From NCBI GenBank assembly GCA_012295275.1, contig CM022671.1, positions 16,802,001 through 16,866,000 on the forward strand: a stretch of 64,000 nt of DNA. Direction: 5' to 3'. This document shows positions 31,290-45,088 of this stretch, one piece after another. The position numbers and the translations under genes were made by a program. Below the pieces are notes generated by a model that saw only the letters and a list, made by a program, of their open reading frames with translations, was not told where the DNA came from and did not search any database. The stretch's first letter is position 1. Every line of letters starts with the position of its first letter. The stretch comes from Chrysomallon squamiferum (Eukaryota; Animalia; Mollusca).

Positions 31290-33579
31290 AAAACTGACAG
31301 ATTATTAATCCTAAGATCTGTTATTTATTAAAACTGTTATTTTGCTCGATGCCTCATTTTCTTCTGAGAAAAAGCCACAATTTGTCTGGACATTTCTGGA
31401 AATAAACATGATACAGGGTTGAATGAGGTACCAATATGAAGCATATGGAATGTGAAAATGTTGATGACTCCAGTTAGCCAAAATGTGACTTAATGATTTT
31501 ATGTGATGGGTCACAATTAACATAACAGATGTTTGATTAATGCTGTTAGCATTTATACGTTTCTCAATTTTTTTATCATTGCCTGTTTTTCTGTATTATT
31601 AGTTCAGTATTGCTTTAATTGTTTTTCATTTGCTCTGTACAGCTCTTGTTTTATAATTAGTGTTGCGAATGCTGCTTGTGACAGTTAGTGATAATCAGAT
31701 GCTTCAATTTAGTTTCTTACAATATATTTGTATTATGACATATATAAAAATCGTAATATATATTTCATATAACATTAGAATAATTTTTTTGTAAGACTTC
31801 TAAGATTTTTTACCATTAGCTCTTTTGCCATGTCAGCCTGAACTCCTGCACTATTTAAAATTCACAAACTTTCAACAGTCCATCAGCTTATGCAGGAAAA
31901 GTAGCTAATATCTTCATTTGCTTTCTACATAGATTTACACTCAGTGCCCAAAAATATAGAAATTTGCCATTATGTACAATGACTGAAGCATGTATCATCT
32001 CATTTATATTGATAGAATATGTCCCATTAACAGAAGGTTTTTAAAACATGTTTCTGAAGAAAGCAATGTTTGTATTACAAAGAATAATACATTATTTTCA
32101 ATATCTTTAAGGCAGTTTTTTATCAAGTAGACACATCAGAAAAGACTAATCAATAACTGAGAAATTGTGAATCTTCCTTGCTATGGTCATTGAGTAATCC
32201 CATTCCAGCTAAAGCTCATAATACAGTGATCAGTGATCTCTTACAGCTAGACCATTGGGTTATATCTGATTTTGTTTCTCTTATAATTGTGATTAATAAT
32301 TGTGTTGAAGTGTCATAAACAATTTTTTTATTATTATGACTCTAATTAGATCAAATTAAAAAAAAAAAAAAAAACGAAAAAATGTGGAACATAATAATAA
32401 TAAAATATAAAATATAAAAAAGATCAAGAAAACAAAAACAGGTATTAACCAAAATCTCTCATTCATAAATAGCATCTTTGGCTTTGCTTTTATTATCATA
32501 CTAAGTTAAACTCAGTGTCAAATGTGGCCACTAATTATAAAGAGTTTATTATCTTAAGGATGAAGAAAAACCTGTAAACTATATTAATCTGTTATTGAAA
32601 CATATTAAAACAAAAATACGTTGAATTGTTGCCTTCTTTTTTCTCTATATAAATAATACTGAGAAATTGATAATATTTAAATGTTCTTTTTTAAAGACTG
32701 TTTATTGTATATTGTTAATATTACATTGTACTAATACTGTGTTGTTAAAATTTTGAAATTATGTTTTAAAGTTTAAATGTTCTTTTAAAAATTTTAAAAT
32801 ACTTTCTCCATTTTAGAATGCTCGTGGTCGCAACAGTGTTACAAAAACATGGGAAGGAACAAACAGTCGAACCACATACACGTATGTATGACTTAATATT
32901 GTCTTATTTATTTAATCTTATTACTCTTATTTTTATTATTATTATTATTATTATTACTATTATTATTATTAAGGAAAGTATATTTTTGTTAATTTTATTT
33001 TATAGTTAATTGCAGTTTTAGTGTGTTATATCTTTACTGTTAAATTCTTTATTCTTTATGAGAGAAAAATACAAATAGCCAGTTTAATAAGTAGCTTAAT
33101 GTCTGAAGTATATCTGTATTTCATGTTTTTGAGTTAAAAATACTTCTGTAATATTTTTTATTATTTTGCTACACCTCCATAGAAAGTTCTCACATGGTTG
33201 GTATTAATGAACATAGATGATAACTAAATAAATAAATAAATTTGTATTTAGTCTGACACTACTTTTAGTATTATTATTTTTATCAGTTTATCATCATCAT
33301 CATATTTATTAATATTATTATTATTATTATTTTTTTTTTTACCTCAGGTATGGTGTCAGATCTAAAAATGAGCTGACGTTAACGTGGGCGTTCCAGCCAG
33401 CTGACTGGGAGAAAAAGTTTGATGATTTCAGCAACAACTACGCCAAGATCTACTCTATAAAAGTGACAAACACGCTGAACGGAGGCGCAGCAAGCTGTAA
33501 GCCTTGTCCAAGAGGAACCGAAAACGATAAGTAAGATTGTTTGTAATATTTTTAAACTTAATATTTTCTTCTTCTTTCC

Positions 33580-33613
<34 letters not shown>

Positions 33614-35985
33614 TATTATTATTATTAATTTTTTTTTTTTTTTTTTTATCTTCATATTAAAATAATGTTGTTATTTATATTATGTTTGATTTTTTTTGAT
33701 TTTTATATTGTTTTTTATAATTTGTTCTGGGTATGAAATATTTTCAGCTGTAGAGAATCGTGTTTGGTTGAATTTAGGATTGCGAAAATACGCAGTATCG
33801 AAAAGCAATTTTTATAGATTGTTTTGCTTAACATGTTGTTGATAAGTTAGCTCTTTTGTGTTATTTTCTTTTTTTGTAAAAACAGAACTTTTTATTTTTA
33901 ATAGTTTTGGTAAGTGTTTATTTATTCTTTTGTTATTCTTTGAATTTTAAACTTTTAGAAACCACAAAATAATAATAATAATATAGAAAAAAATAACATT
34001 GAGATGAAAAAGAATCAGTAAAACTTCATACAATCAGAAATCATACAAGTATCAAGCTCTTTTCTTGTCTTTCTTTATTTTATATTTTTGTTTATTAGCA
34101 TTTTTTTATTTTTTATTTTTTTTTATTTATTAATAAACATTTATTTCTCTTAAATTTTCAGCTGTATACCATGTCCTGATGGTCACTACATTGACCCAAA
34201 CACCACGACCTGTAAGCCTTGTCCACCTAACACTGTCCTGTCTGGACCAGACACCTGGGGCATCACAGCCTGTAAGAAGTGTGGCCCGGGACTGAAGCCA
34301 GTGCGAGGCGTGGCCTGCGAGTCAGACTGCATGTTTAAAGATGGCAGTGGAAAAGAATTCAATTTCAAGCCACTTGACAAGTAAGCCATCACTTTCTTTC
34401 ATGAAATGTTTCGTAGCTTTGACATTGCATATTCAGAAAAAAAACTGCATTCTGTGTGTATGTATGTAATGCAATGTATCTGTGTTTGTATGTATTATGT
34501 ACATGTATTTATTTGTAAAATATCTTTATCAACAGATATTAAGAAATATATATTTATTTTGTGTGTAAATATTGTCAAACTCATTATTCATATATTTGAA
34601 CATATTTGAGTTCTGTACTTTATTAGCTGTCATAGCCATAACATATACAACATTGGTGTATCAAAGATCTGTTTAATAAATGTATTTATATGTTTATTCT
34701 ATATAAGGCCAGAAACTGTGGTAATGACATTTGAATGACTCAGTATTAAGACTGATATGAATAACATATTTGATTATGTAACAGTATTAAAATTTAATTG
34801 TGGAAATTAAAGTTTATAATTATTCATAGAATGGAAATTATTATTTGTAATGTTCCATTAAATGGGAATAATTATTAATAAAGGAAATTATTATTTAGTA
34901 ATTATGCATCAAACCAGAAGTTATTATTAATGATGGAGATGATTATTAATAACAGAAATTACTGTTTATAGTGATTCATAAAATGTGAACTATTCTTGAT
35001 AATGGAAATTATTTTTTATATGATTTATAAAATGGAAATTATTTTTAATACATACAAAATGTTTTATTTATAATGATTCATAAACTGGAAACTTACTAGT
35101 AATGGGAATAATTATTCATAATGATTCATATAATGAAAACTATTATTAATATATGTAATTATTATTATAATGATTCATAAGATGGGAATTGTTATTGATG
35201 ATGATTCATAAAATGGAAATTACTGTTGATAATGGAAATTATTATTTACACTGATTCATAAAATGGAAATTATTAATAACGATTCAAAAAATGGAAATTA
35301 TTATTAGTAATGATTCATAAAATGTGAATTATTATTGATATATATTGCTAAATTTCGTGGGTTTTTTTTTGTTTCTTCTTTCTGTATTTACTTATTTTGT
35401 TTTTTTCAGGCTACATTACTTAACTGGAAACAAACTGTTCACATCCAGTGGCACTCAGTACTACCACGGCTTCAACTTCAGTCTGTGTGGCAGCGTGAGG
35501 TCTACTTGCGTCAACAACGTCTCACACGACACTGCTGTAAGTGTTACACTTTCAACATCATTCCACTGGGATCAAAGAAAAGCTATAAGAATAACAGTTT
35601 GATATCTGGGGATAATTTTATCTATTAAAAACAAGTCCTTTGAGTTCACTCAGTAATGTGTTTTTATGTAAAATTATATATTGTTATTTAAATTTTGACT
35701 AGAAACATAAGCAGATTGTAATCACTGAATAATGCTAAGAAAAATATAACTCTAGAGCTGTATAAAACTGGAAGTATAAATGAAATATTTTTATATCACT
35801 GGATTGTTTAATTTTAAAAATTCAAGTTTTTATTATTGTTTTTGTGTGTTTGTGAACAATATGTTAGAAATGACAGATAACCTGTTGTTTGTTGAAATAA
35901 AATAAATAATAATTATTATAATATATTATTATAGTGGAATAGTTGCAAAAGTTAATAATAATAATAATGATAATAATAACAGTAA

Positions 35986-36016
<31 letters not shown>

Positions 36017-37460
36017 AAATAATAAATAACAGATACAAATAAAATAAAATAAATAAAAACATTCCAAACTGGGTGTAGTAATTTTATTTTCAAAATTTCC
36101 AATGTGAAATCACAGATAATATTTTGTGGCCAACTGATAAAAATGATAGCAACAAGTTATCTCTCGTGCTAGCAGTACAAAAATCAAATATTTGATATAG
36201 TATTAAAATGAGCAGCATTTATTTTATTCTTAATTTTAATTAGATTTAGCATTCCTTCTATTTTGTTACATTTCAGAACTCCAAAAGCAGTAATTCAAAA
36301 CATGCACTGGCTAGTATTTCTCTGTCTAGTTTCATTTTGAAAAATGTTTTATACGTGATATTATTTAAGTGCATGTTTAACTACTCTGGTATCTATAATC
36401 ACATCATATCATATCATATAAATATATATATAGGGTGATGTGTTCCTTATTCTTCATCATTTGCACATTGCCTCTCAAATTTTATGCTACAGGATTGTTA
36501 TCCAAAAAAACGTTTTTATAAACACCCTACAAATACGTTAATAACGAAGAGATTTTTTTAATGAGAAAATACTTTTTAAAAAGCCAGCAAAATTGGATTT
36601 TAAGACAACCCTACTTTAAGAAAAAACTTGATTCATCTACTGTCAAACCAAACTGTTATGACTGAATTTGCTATTACCTTCCTTTATTATCTATATAAAT
36701 AAATATATAAATATTTTTCTTTTTTCTATTTAAGTGCGCTGTTCTTCAACTTATTAAAACTAGTACTCTTAAACAGTGACCCTAGATAAAAATGGATACA
36801 AAGAATTGCCATTCAGAAATTTACCTTATCATTCTAATAAAGTTCTTTAATTATAAATCTTTGGTATCAAATCTGTGGCAACTTCTTTATTATACTGCAC
36901 ACATATATATATATGTCTTGAATTTTGTTTTATGTTTCATTTTTTTTCGTTTTTTTTCTTCAGAAAGGGAAAGAGGAATTACAAATGTTAACCCGTCAAG
37001 TATGTTATAATGTAGACCTGTGAATTCTGTTTGCACAGTTGTTTTGGGTTGTGGGTTTTTCCTACAGAGGAGGTGATGGGTTGTTTTAAAATTTAACAGA
37101 GTCCTCCTACCTTTTCCTTTCTTCTTTAAATATACATCTTGTTTAGCAGAATATGTTCAGAATATGTTCAGAATACATTCATAACATAGACCTATTACAT
37201 AATATATTTAATTTTAATATAATATATAATATTTTCATAACATAGACCTATGAAATAATTTATTCAGTTTCAATATAATATAATATTTTCATAATATAGA
37301 TCTATAAAATAATTTATTCGATTTCAATATAATATAATATTTTTATAACATAGACCTATGAAATAATTTATTCGATTTTAATCTAAGGTAGTATTTTTGT
37401 AACACAGACTATGTTATTGAGTAACATAATTTATTACTTGGTTATTTCATTTTATATATG

Positions 37461-37507
<47 letters not shown>

Positions 37508-40500
37508 TCTTAAAGAAGTTATTACAGGATTTCTTTTGTTAAAATAATTTATAATTAATATGTAGCATTCATTTGGTGATAATTATGAACTCAGGTTTCT
37601 TATTTACAAATAAGGTTATTTAATTAACTGAAGATATATTAAAATTATCTTGATAAATGATAATAATAGTTGATACTTGAAAGCAGCAAGTTAGAATGTT
37701 GTTGTTAAATAGATTTGTTTGTTTATTTTTGTTTTTATTTTGTTTTATTTTATTTTATTATTTACGTTTATTTTACTATATTTTTTTCTTAGTTTATTAT
37801 TATTATTATTATTTTAATAATATTATTTATTTTATTTTAATTCTTATTTTTTTTGTTTTATTTATTTTATTTTTTTTCAGTATTTTGATTATTCCAAGAT
37901 AGTGACAGGTTTGATATGCCGGAGTACCCTGGTTCCACAGAACGATGCAGATCACAGCCTGATATCAACTCAACCTGTGAGGTAACCTCTTTAATACACT
38001 GGTGTAATACAGCACTGATATTAATAGTGTAACACTCTTTAATACACTGGTGTAATACTGCACTGATATTAATAGTGTAATACCTCTTTAATACACTGGT
38101 TTAATACAGCACTGATATTAATAGTGTAACACTCTTTAATACACTGGTGTAATACTGCACTGATATTAATAGTGTAACACTCTTTAATACACTGGTGTAA
38201 TACTGCACTGATATTAATAGTGTAACACTCTTTAATACACTGCTGTAATACTACACTGATATTAATAGTGTAACACTCTTTAATACACTGGTGTAATACT
38301 GCACTGATATTAATAGTGTAACACTCTTTAATACACTGGTTTAATACTGCACTGATATTAATAGCGTAACACTCTTTAATACACTGGTTTAATACCGCAC
38401 TGATATTAATAGCGTAAACTCTTAATACACTGGTTTAATACTACACTGATATTAATAGTGTAACACCTATTTAATACACTGGTTTAATACTGCACTGATC
38501 TTAATAGTGTAACACTCTTTAATACACTGGTTTAATACTGCACTGATATTAATAGTGTAACACTCTTTAATACACTGGTTTAATACTACACTGATATTAA
38601 TAGTGTAACACTTTTTAATACACTGCTGTAATACAGCACTGATATTAATAATGTATAACCTCTTTAACACACTGGTGTAATACAGCACTGATATTAATAA
38701 TGTATAACCTCTTTAACACACTGGTGTAATACCGCACTGATATTAATAATGTATAACCTCTTTAACACACTGGTGTAATACCGCACTGATATTAATAATG
38801 TATAACCTCTTTAACACACTGGTGTAATACCGCACTGATATTAATAATGTATAACCTCTTTAACACACTGGTGTTTAATACACACTGGTTTAATATTATA
38901 TTAATAATGTATAACCTCTTTAACACACTGGTGTAATACCGCACTGATATTAATAATGTATAACCTCTTTAACACACTGGTGTAATACTACTGATATTGA
39001 TATTAATAATGTATAACCTCTTTATTAACACACTGGTGTAATACACTGGTGTAATACTGATATTAATAATGTATAACCTCTTTAACACACTGGTGTAATA
39101 CCGCACTGATATTAATAATGTATAACCTCTTTAACACACTGGTGTAATACCGCACTGATCTTAATAATGTATAACCTCTTTAACACACTGGTGTAATACC
39201 GCACTGATATTAATAATGTATAACCTCTTTAAGACACTGGTTTCATACCGCACTGATATTAACAGTGTAACACTCTTTAATGCACTGGTTTAATACCGCA
39301 CTGATATTAACAGTGTAACACTCTTTAATGCACTGGTTTCATACCGCACTGATATTAACAGTGTAACACTCTTTAATGCACTGGTTTAATACCGCACTGA
39401 TATTAACAGTGTAACACTCTTTAATGCACTGGTTTAATACCGCACTGATATTAACAGTGTAACACTCTTTAATGCACTGGTTTAATACCGCACTGATATT
39501 AATACTGTAACACTCTTTAATGCACTGGTTTAATACCGCACTGATATTAATACTGTAACACTCTTTAATGCACTGGTTTCATACCGCACTGATATTAATA
39601 GTGTAACACTCTTTAATGCACTGGTTTAATACCGCACTGATATTAACAGTGTAACACTTTTTGGTTTAATGCACTGGTTTAATTTAATACACTGGTTTAA
39701 TACCGCACTGATATTAACAGTGTAACACTCTTTAATGCACTGGTTTAATACCGCACTGATATTGACAGTGTAACACTCTTTAATGCACTGGTTTAATACA
39801 GCACTGATATTGACAGTGTAACACTCTTTAATACACTGGTGTAATACTACACTGATATTGACAGTGTAACACTCTTTAATGCACTGGTTTAATACCGCAC
39901 TGATATTGATAGTGTAATACCTCTTTAATACACTGGTTTAATACTGCACTGATATTGATAGTGTAACACTCTTTAATACACTGGTTTAATACTGCACTGA
40001 TATTAATACTGTAACACTCTTTAATACACTGGTTTAATACTACACTGATATTAATAGTGTAACACTCTTTAATACACTGGTTTAATACCGCACTGATATT
40101 AATAGTGTTAGCTGACACCTTATAATACACTGGTTTAATACTGCACTGATATTAATAGTGTAACACTCTTTAATACACTGGTTTAATACTACACTGATAT
40201 TAATAGTGTAACACTCTTTAATACACTGGTTTAATACCGCACTGATATTAATAGTGTAACACTCTTTAATACACTGGTTTAATACTATTCTGATAGTAAT
40301 AGTGTAACACCTATTTAATACACTGATCTTAATAGTGTAACACTCTTTAATACACTGGTTTAATACTGCACTGATCTTAATAGTGTAACACTCTTTAATA
40401 CACTGGTGTAATACTGCACTGATATTAATAGTGTAACACTCTTTAATACACTGGTTTAATACTACACTGATATTAATAGTGTAACACCTATTTAATACAC

Positions 40501-43500
40501 TGGTTTAATACTGCACTGATATTAATAGTGTAACACCTATTTAATACACTGGTTTAATACTCTTTAATACACTGGTTTAATACTATTCTGATATTAATAG
40601 TGTTTAATACACTGGTTAATACTACACATTTAATACACTGGTTTAATACTACAGTGATATTTAATACACTGGTTTAATACTACACTGATATTTATAGTGT
40701 AATACCTCTTTAATACACTGGTTTAATACTGCACTGATTTTAATAGTGTTGGGTGATACCTCTGTTTTTTAACCATTTTTGTTATTTTTGGGGAGAGCTT
40801 TGTCCATAATTGTCCATAGTTTTCCTGTTAGATCCATGCAATACTTTTAAATATGCTCCCAAAAATATAAATTTCATAAACTGTTTTTGGAAATAATTTT
40901 ATTGGATTTCTCATTCAACAGCATATTATTAATACATTTAACAAGATCAAAAGAAAGGCTTTTTTTTTTTTTTTTTTTTTAATTTGTAAAAATTAAGAAG
41001 CCAGCGATATTGCAAGTTGAAGAAATAAGTATTTTACATTAATTTTGAAGATACTTGGATATTATGTATGCTCTGTGTCTTTAATTCATTTTAAATATTA
41101 TAATCATCATTATATTATTAATTAATTTATTTATTTATTTATTTATTTATTTGTTTTTGTTTTTAATATTATAGTCTTGGTGACCGACTGATAAAAATAG
41201 TGACAAACATAAGCATGGCTGACAAATACAAAGAAGAAGGATTTCCATTTGAAAGTAAGTTTTGACGCAGAGAGCAGCTTAATATTTACTTTTTAATTTG
41301 GAGAGTAACATTAAATATACCCAATGTAAAATTATAAAAAAAAAAAAATTATAATTGATAGACATATTAATATCCAGTCCAGGTATAACTTTCATGTGTC
41401 AGCTAATATATAGAATTCTTGAAATTGACAGATTCCTTTAAAGTAAAAATATAAATTTCTTTTCCATAATCAGACTTGAAATATCATTTTATAATTTATA
41501 TCCTATGTAATATTGTATACATTTATACATACATACATACATTCATACTTATATATATATATATATACATATATTCATACTTATATATATATATTGATAG
41601 TAAACATACAGATCTTAATAAATTGAAATACTATGTTTAAATGAGATAAAAGCAAAGTTCAGTTAATGTATTTCAGTATTTCACTATTATCAGTTTTCAC
41701 TGATCATTCTGTTAATGGCAGCATTTATGCAAAAGGCAAGAATAAAAAGAAAATATATATTTTATTTTTCAGACACCGAAGAAGACATACATTTCTATTA
41801 CACTTCAGATTCGTAAGTGTATTCCTGTTATAAAATCTGTAACCGGTTCATACAGTCTGCTTAGATATTCATCATAAACAAATGCCTAGTTTCATAAATA
41901 TAATATAATAAAAAAATATTAAACAAATTCAAAAGCATTATAACATTAAACAATTTTTCTAGTACAGTAATTTAACTAGAATTGAGATGTCAGGGAAGAA
42001 GACAAAGTATCACCTAGAATACATCATTTTGCTTATTTTGCTTTATTTCTCAGTATTTCTAATAACAAGTAAGCCCAACTTTTATTAAGTAATAATATTT
42101 TTTAATGAGAAGTAAACAATTATTATTAAATAATAATAGTTTTTGCTTGATTTTGCTTTATTTCTCAATATTTCTAATAACAAATAAGCCTAATTATTAC
42201 TAAAATAATAATATTTTTTAATTACAAAATAAACATAATTATTACTAAATAACAATTTTTCTGAAATAATTAAAATTAATAATAGACAATAACGTTTCTA
42301 ACGACAAGTAAGTGTGGTTGTTTTTGTTTAAAAGTAAACTAAAACTAAAAACAAAACAACAACTGTCTGTTTGCAGAACGACCTCTGCGTGTCCAGATGG
42401 TAGGAAGACCGTGGTCAGTCTGAGGTGTGATGTGAAGCAGGATGGCCAGGGTCGCATCGACCTCCCCCCCAAGTGCTCGGATGGGACGTGCGACGGCTGC
42501 ACCTTCCACTTCCTGTGGCGGAGCGTGCACGCCTGCCCCGTGTGCAGGGAGAAGGATTACGAGATCATCGTCGGCGAATGCGTCAATGGCGAGCAGATCA
42601 TTCACTACTACCCTCCAAAGTAAGTCAACAGCATGATGACGTCATCAGGTTACTGGGGAGTCAAAGCTTTACTGGATTCGTGATGGAAGTTGATGTTTAA
42701 AAGATAAAAATGTGTTTGTGTTTGATTTTTTTTCCAGACACTGATAGTGCAATAACTGTTTTTGACTGGGCATTTGAAATTCATTCATTTATATTTAATT
42801 TTTTTTTTTTTTAATTATTAATCTGATTTCATTGATGAAGCCTGTTCTGATGAACTTTATATTAATGTATTTCATTTAATAATTCAGTTTACATTTAATG
42901 AACTGTTTAATTTTATGTTTCTATTATGTTGGAGATATATATATTTAGTTGCTCTGAGATGTATTGGTGAATTATTGTTATTATAAACTCTTTTGGTCTG
43001 GAGAAAAAATGATAATCTGGAAAGATTTTGGAACAGTGGTTCTGGAAAATTAATGGTTTAACTCTATAAACTTTGTTAGTTTGCATGTAGATAAAAATAA
43101 CAAAATACAGAGATAAATTAGAAAATAAATATTATTTTAAAATGTTTGGTATAGTTATAGTTAATATTAGGTTAATCCTATTTTTCATAAAAATAGTTAA
43201 GATGTAACTAACTGAACACTGTTTTTATGTAATTTATTTATTAGATGCATTTTACATATATTTATAATTACAAGTAATAATTTACATGTGATTACTTCCA
43301 AAATAAGAAATATTTTTTATTTTTAAGACATTGCATCCTGCTGGACAAGCACAAGTCGAAAACAATGAAACAGAAATGTACAACACTTCCCTTTGTGGTG
43401 AGTCAGTATTATGTAGACTCTTGCATGTTAATTTAAAATTAACTTTTTTTGCCTTGCAACAAGTGAATATATCCACTCACAGTTTTTATTACTGTTAACT

Positions 43501-44557
43501 TAGGAAAGCAGATTTACACTACAGCTTTAAAAAGACATCTTGTGTTTCTGCAAGAAGCAGACAAACCCCACCCCACCTCCCACAGAGATTCGAAAACATC
43601 AAATCTGCCCGGTATGTGCTGCTGTCTGTGAAGCAGAAGTGCAATACTAGTTTTGTTGATTTTGCCAGAAACTTAATTACACAGTGAAAGGGTTAATCTG
43701 AAATACAGATTCTTTTATACACTGGTTTATGTGAAAATTAAAAACAAGGTAAAAATGTATAAAAAGTGAATTACAGCATTTGAGAATATACTAAAAATTG
43801 TATAAAACTGACCTGTAGAATTTATGAGTTTATAAAATAAAGTTAAGAAAACGGATAAACTTTTGATGCAGTCAGTGCTGTTAAAGAAAGGTGTACATTC
43901 AAAATAAACAAATATATCAGTGATTATTAATAGAGTATTTTGTTTTTTCACATGTCAATAGTTATTACTGAATTTTATTATTTCTGTCTTTTCACTTTTC
44001 AGTGGTCATTGCAGAATCTTAATTGGATTTTGTTTTTTGTAACAGGTTTTTTTTTCATATATCAGTGTTTAATACTGAATTTATTTATTTATTTATTTAT
44101 TTTCATTATTTTATTTTATTTTATTTTTTATTACTTTTTTTCAATCATCAGTAGCTACTACTGAATTATGATTGTTTTTTGTTTTGTTTTTTCACTTAGA
44201 TTCAAGTTAGTATTCCAGTTGTGATTGGCATTGGTTTGTTGCTTATTATCACCGTCATCTACTGCTGGAAGAGAAACAAAAAGTGAGTCAGAAAAACAAA
44301 GTAACCCTCGTGTTTAAACATTTGTGAATTCATTCAAGAATCATAGGTTCATACGTGTCTGTAAACTGTATGAATTTAATTCTGTTACAAAGTAGACATC
44401 TTTTTTTATCAAATAATTATACCGTAAAATGTTTGAAAAAAAGAAAAAAAAAGAATATCAGTTTATTCGATTTTTCTAAATTTTAAAATCATGTTGAATA
44501 TAATGAATTAATATTATGGTTTTCTTCTTTATGAATAATTTTCTGACACATGTTAGT

Positions 44558-44611
<54 letters not shown>

Positions 44612-44709
44612 TTGATTTGATTAAATTGTTAATTTTATGGCTTTTTAATTTGTTTTTATTAAATGTGTGTGTGTATGTGTATTATAAATGTATGTAAGTC
44701 TATATCTGT

Positions 44710-44768
<59 letters not shown>

Positions 44769-45023
44769 AAATATGATATTTTTCAAGATGTTTAATTTAA
44801 CACTTGTATTTCACAGACTGGAGTACAAGTACTCTAAGCTGATTGAGAATGCTGGGGGCAGGGATGGAGAACTTCCAGGGGCGGAGTCGTGTGGACTGGA
44901 TGAGGGGGATGAGGAGGAGTCAGTACACTTTCAGGAGGGTGGGAGATCTTTCTTTCAGAAACTGAGAAACAAAATTACCAGCAGCAGCAGCAAGGTTTGA
45001 ACTTGGCTTCCTTTCTTTTCTTA

Positions 45024-45088
<65 letters not shown>

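Noticed and set aside
36431-36785. Possible element bounded by TAGGGTGA / TGACCCTA
   Set aside because: The inverted match is too short and there is no clear target-site duplication.
38467-40130. ORFs with [15 protein letters not shown] repeats
   Set aside because: Translation of the 48-bp minisatellite, antisense to the host gene, frequently interrupted by stops.
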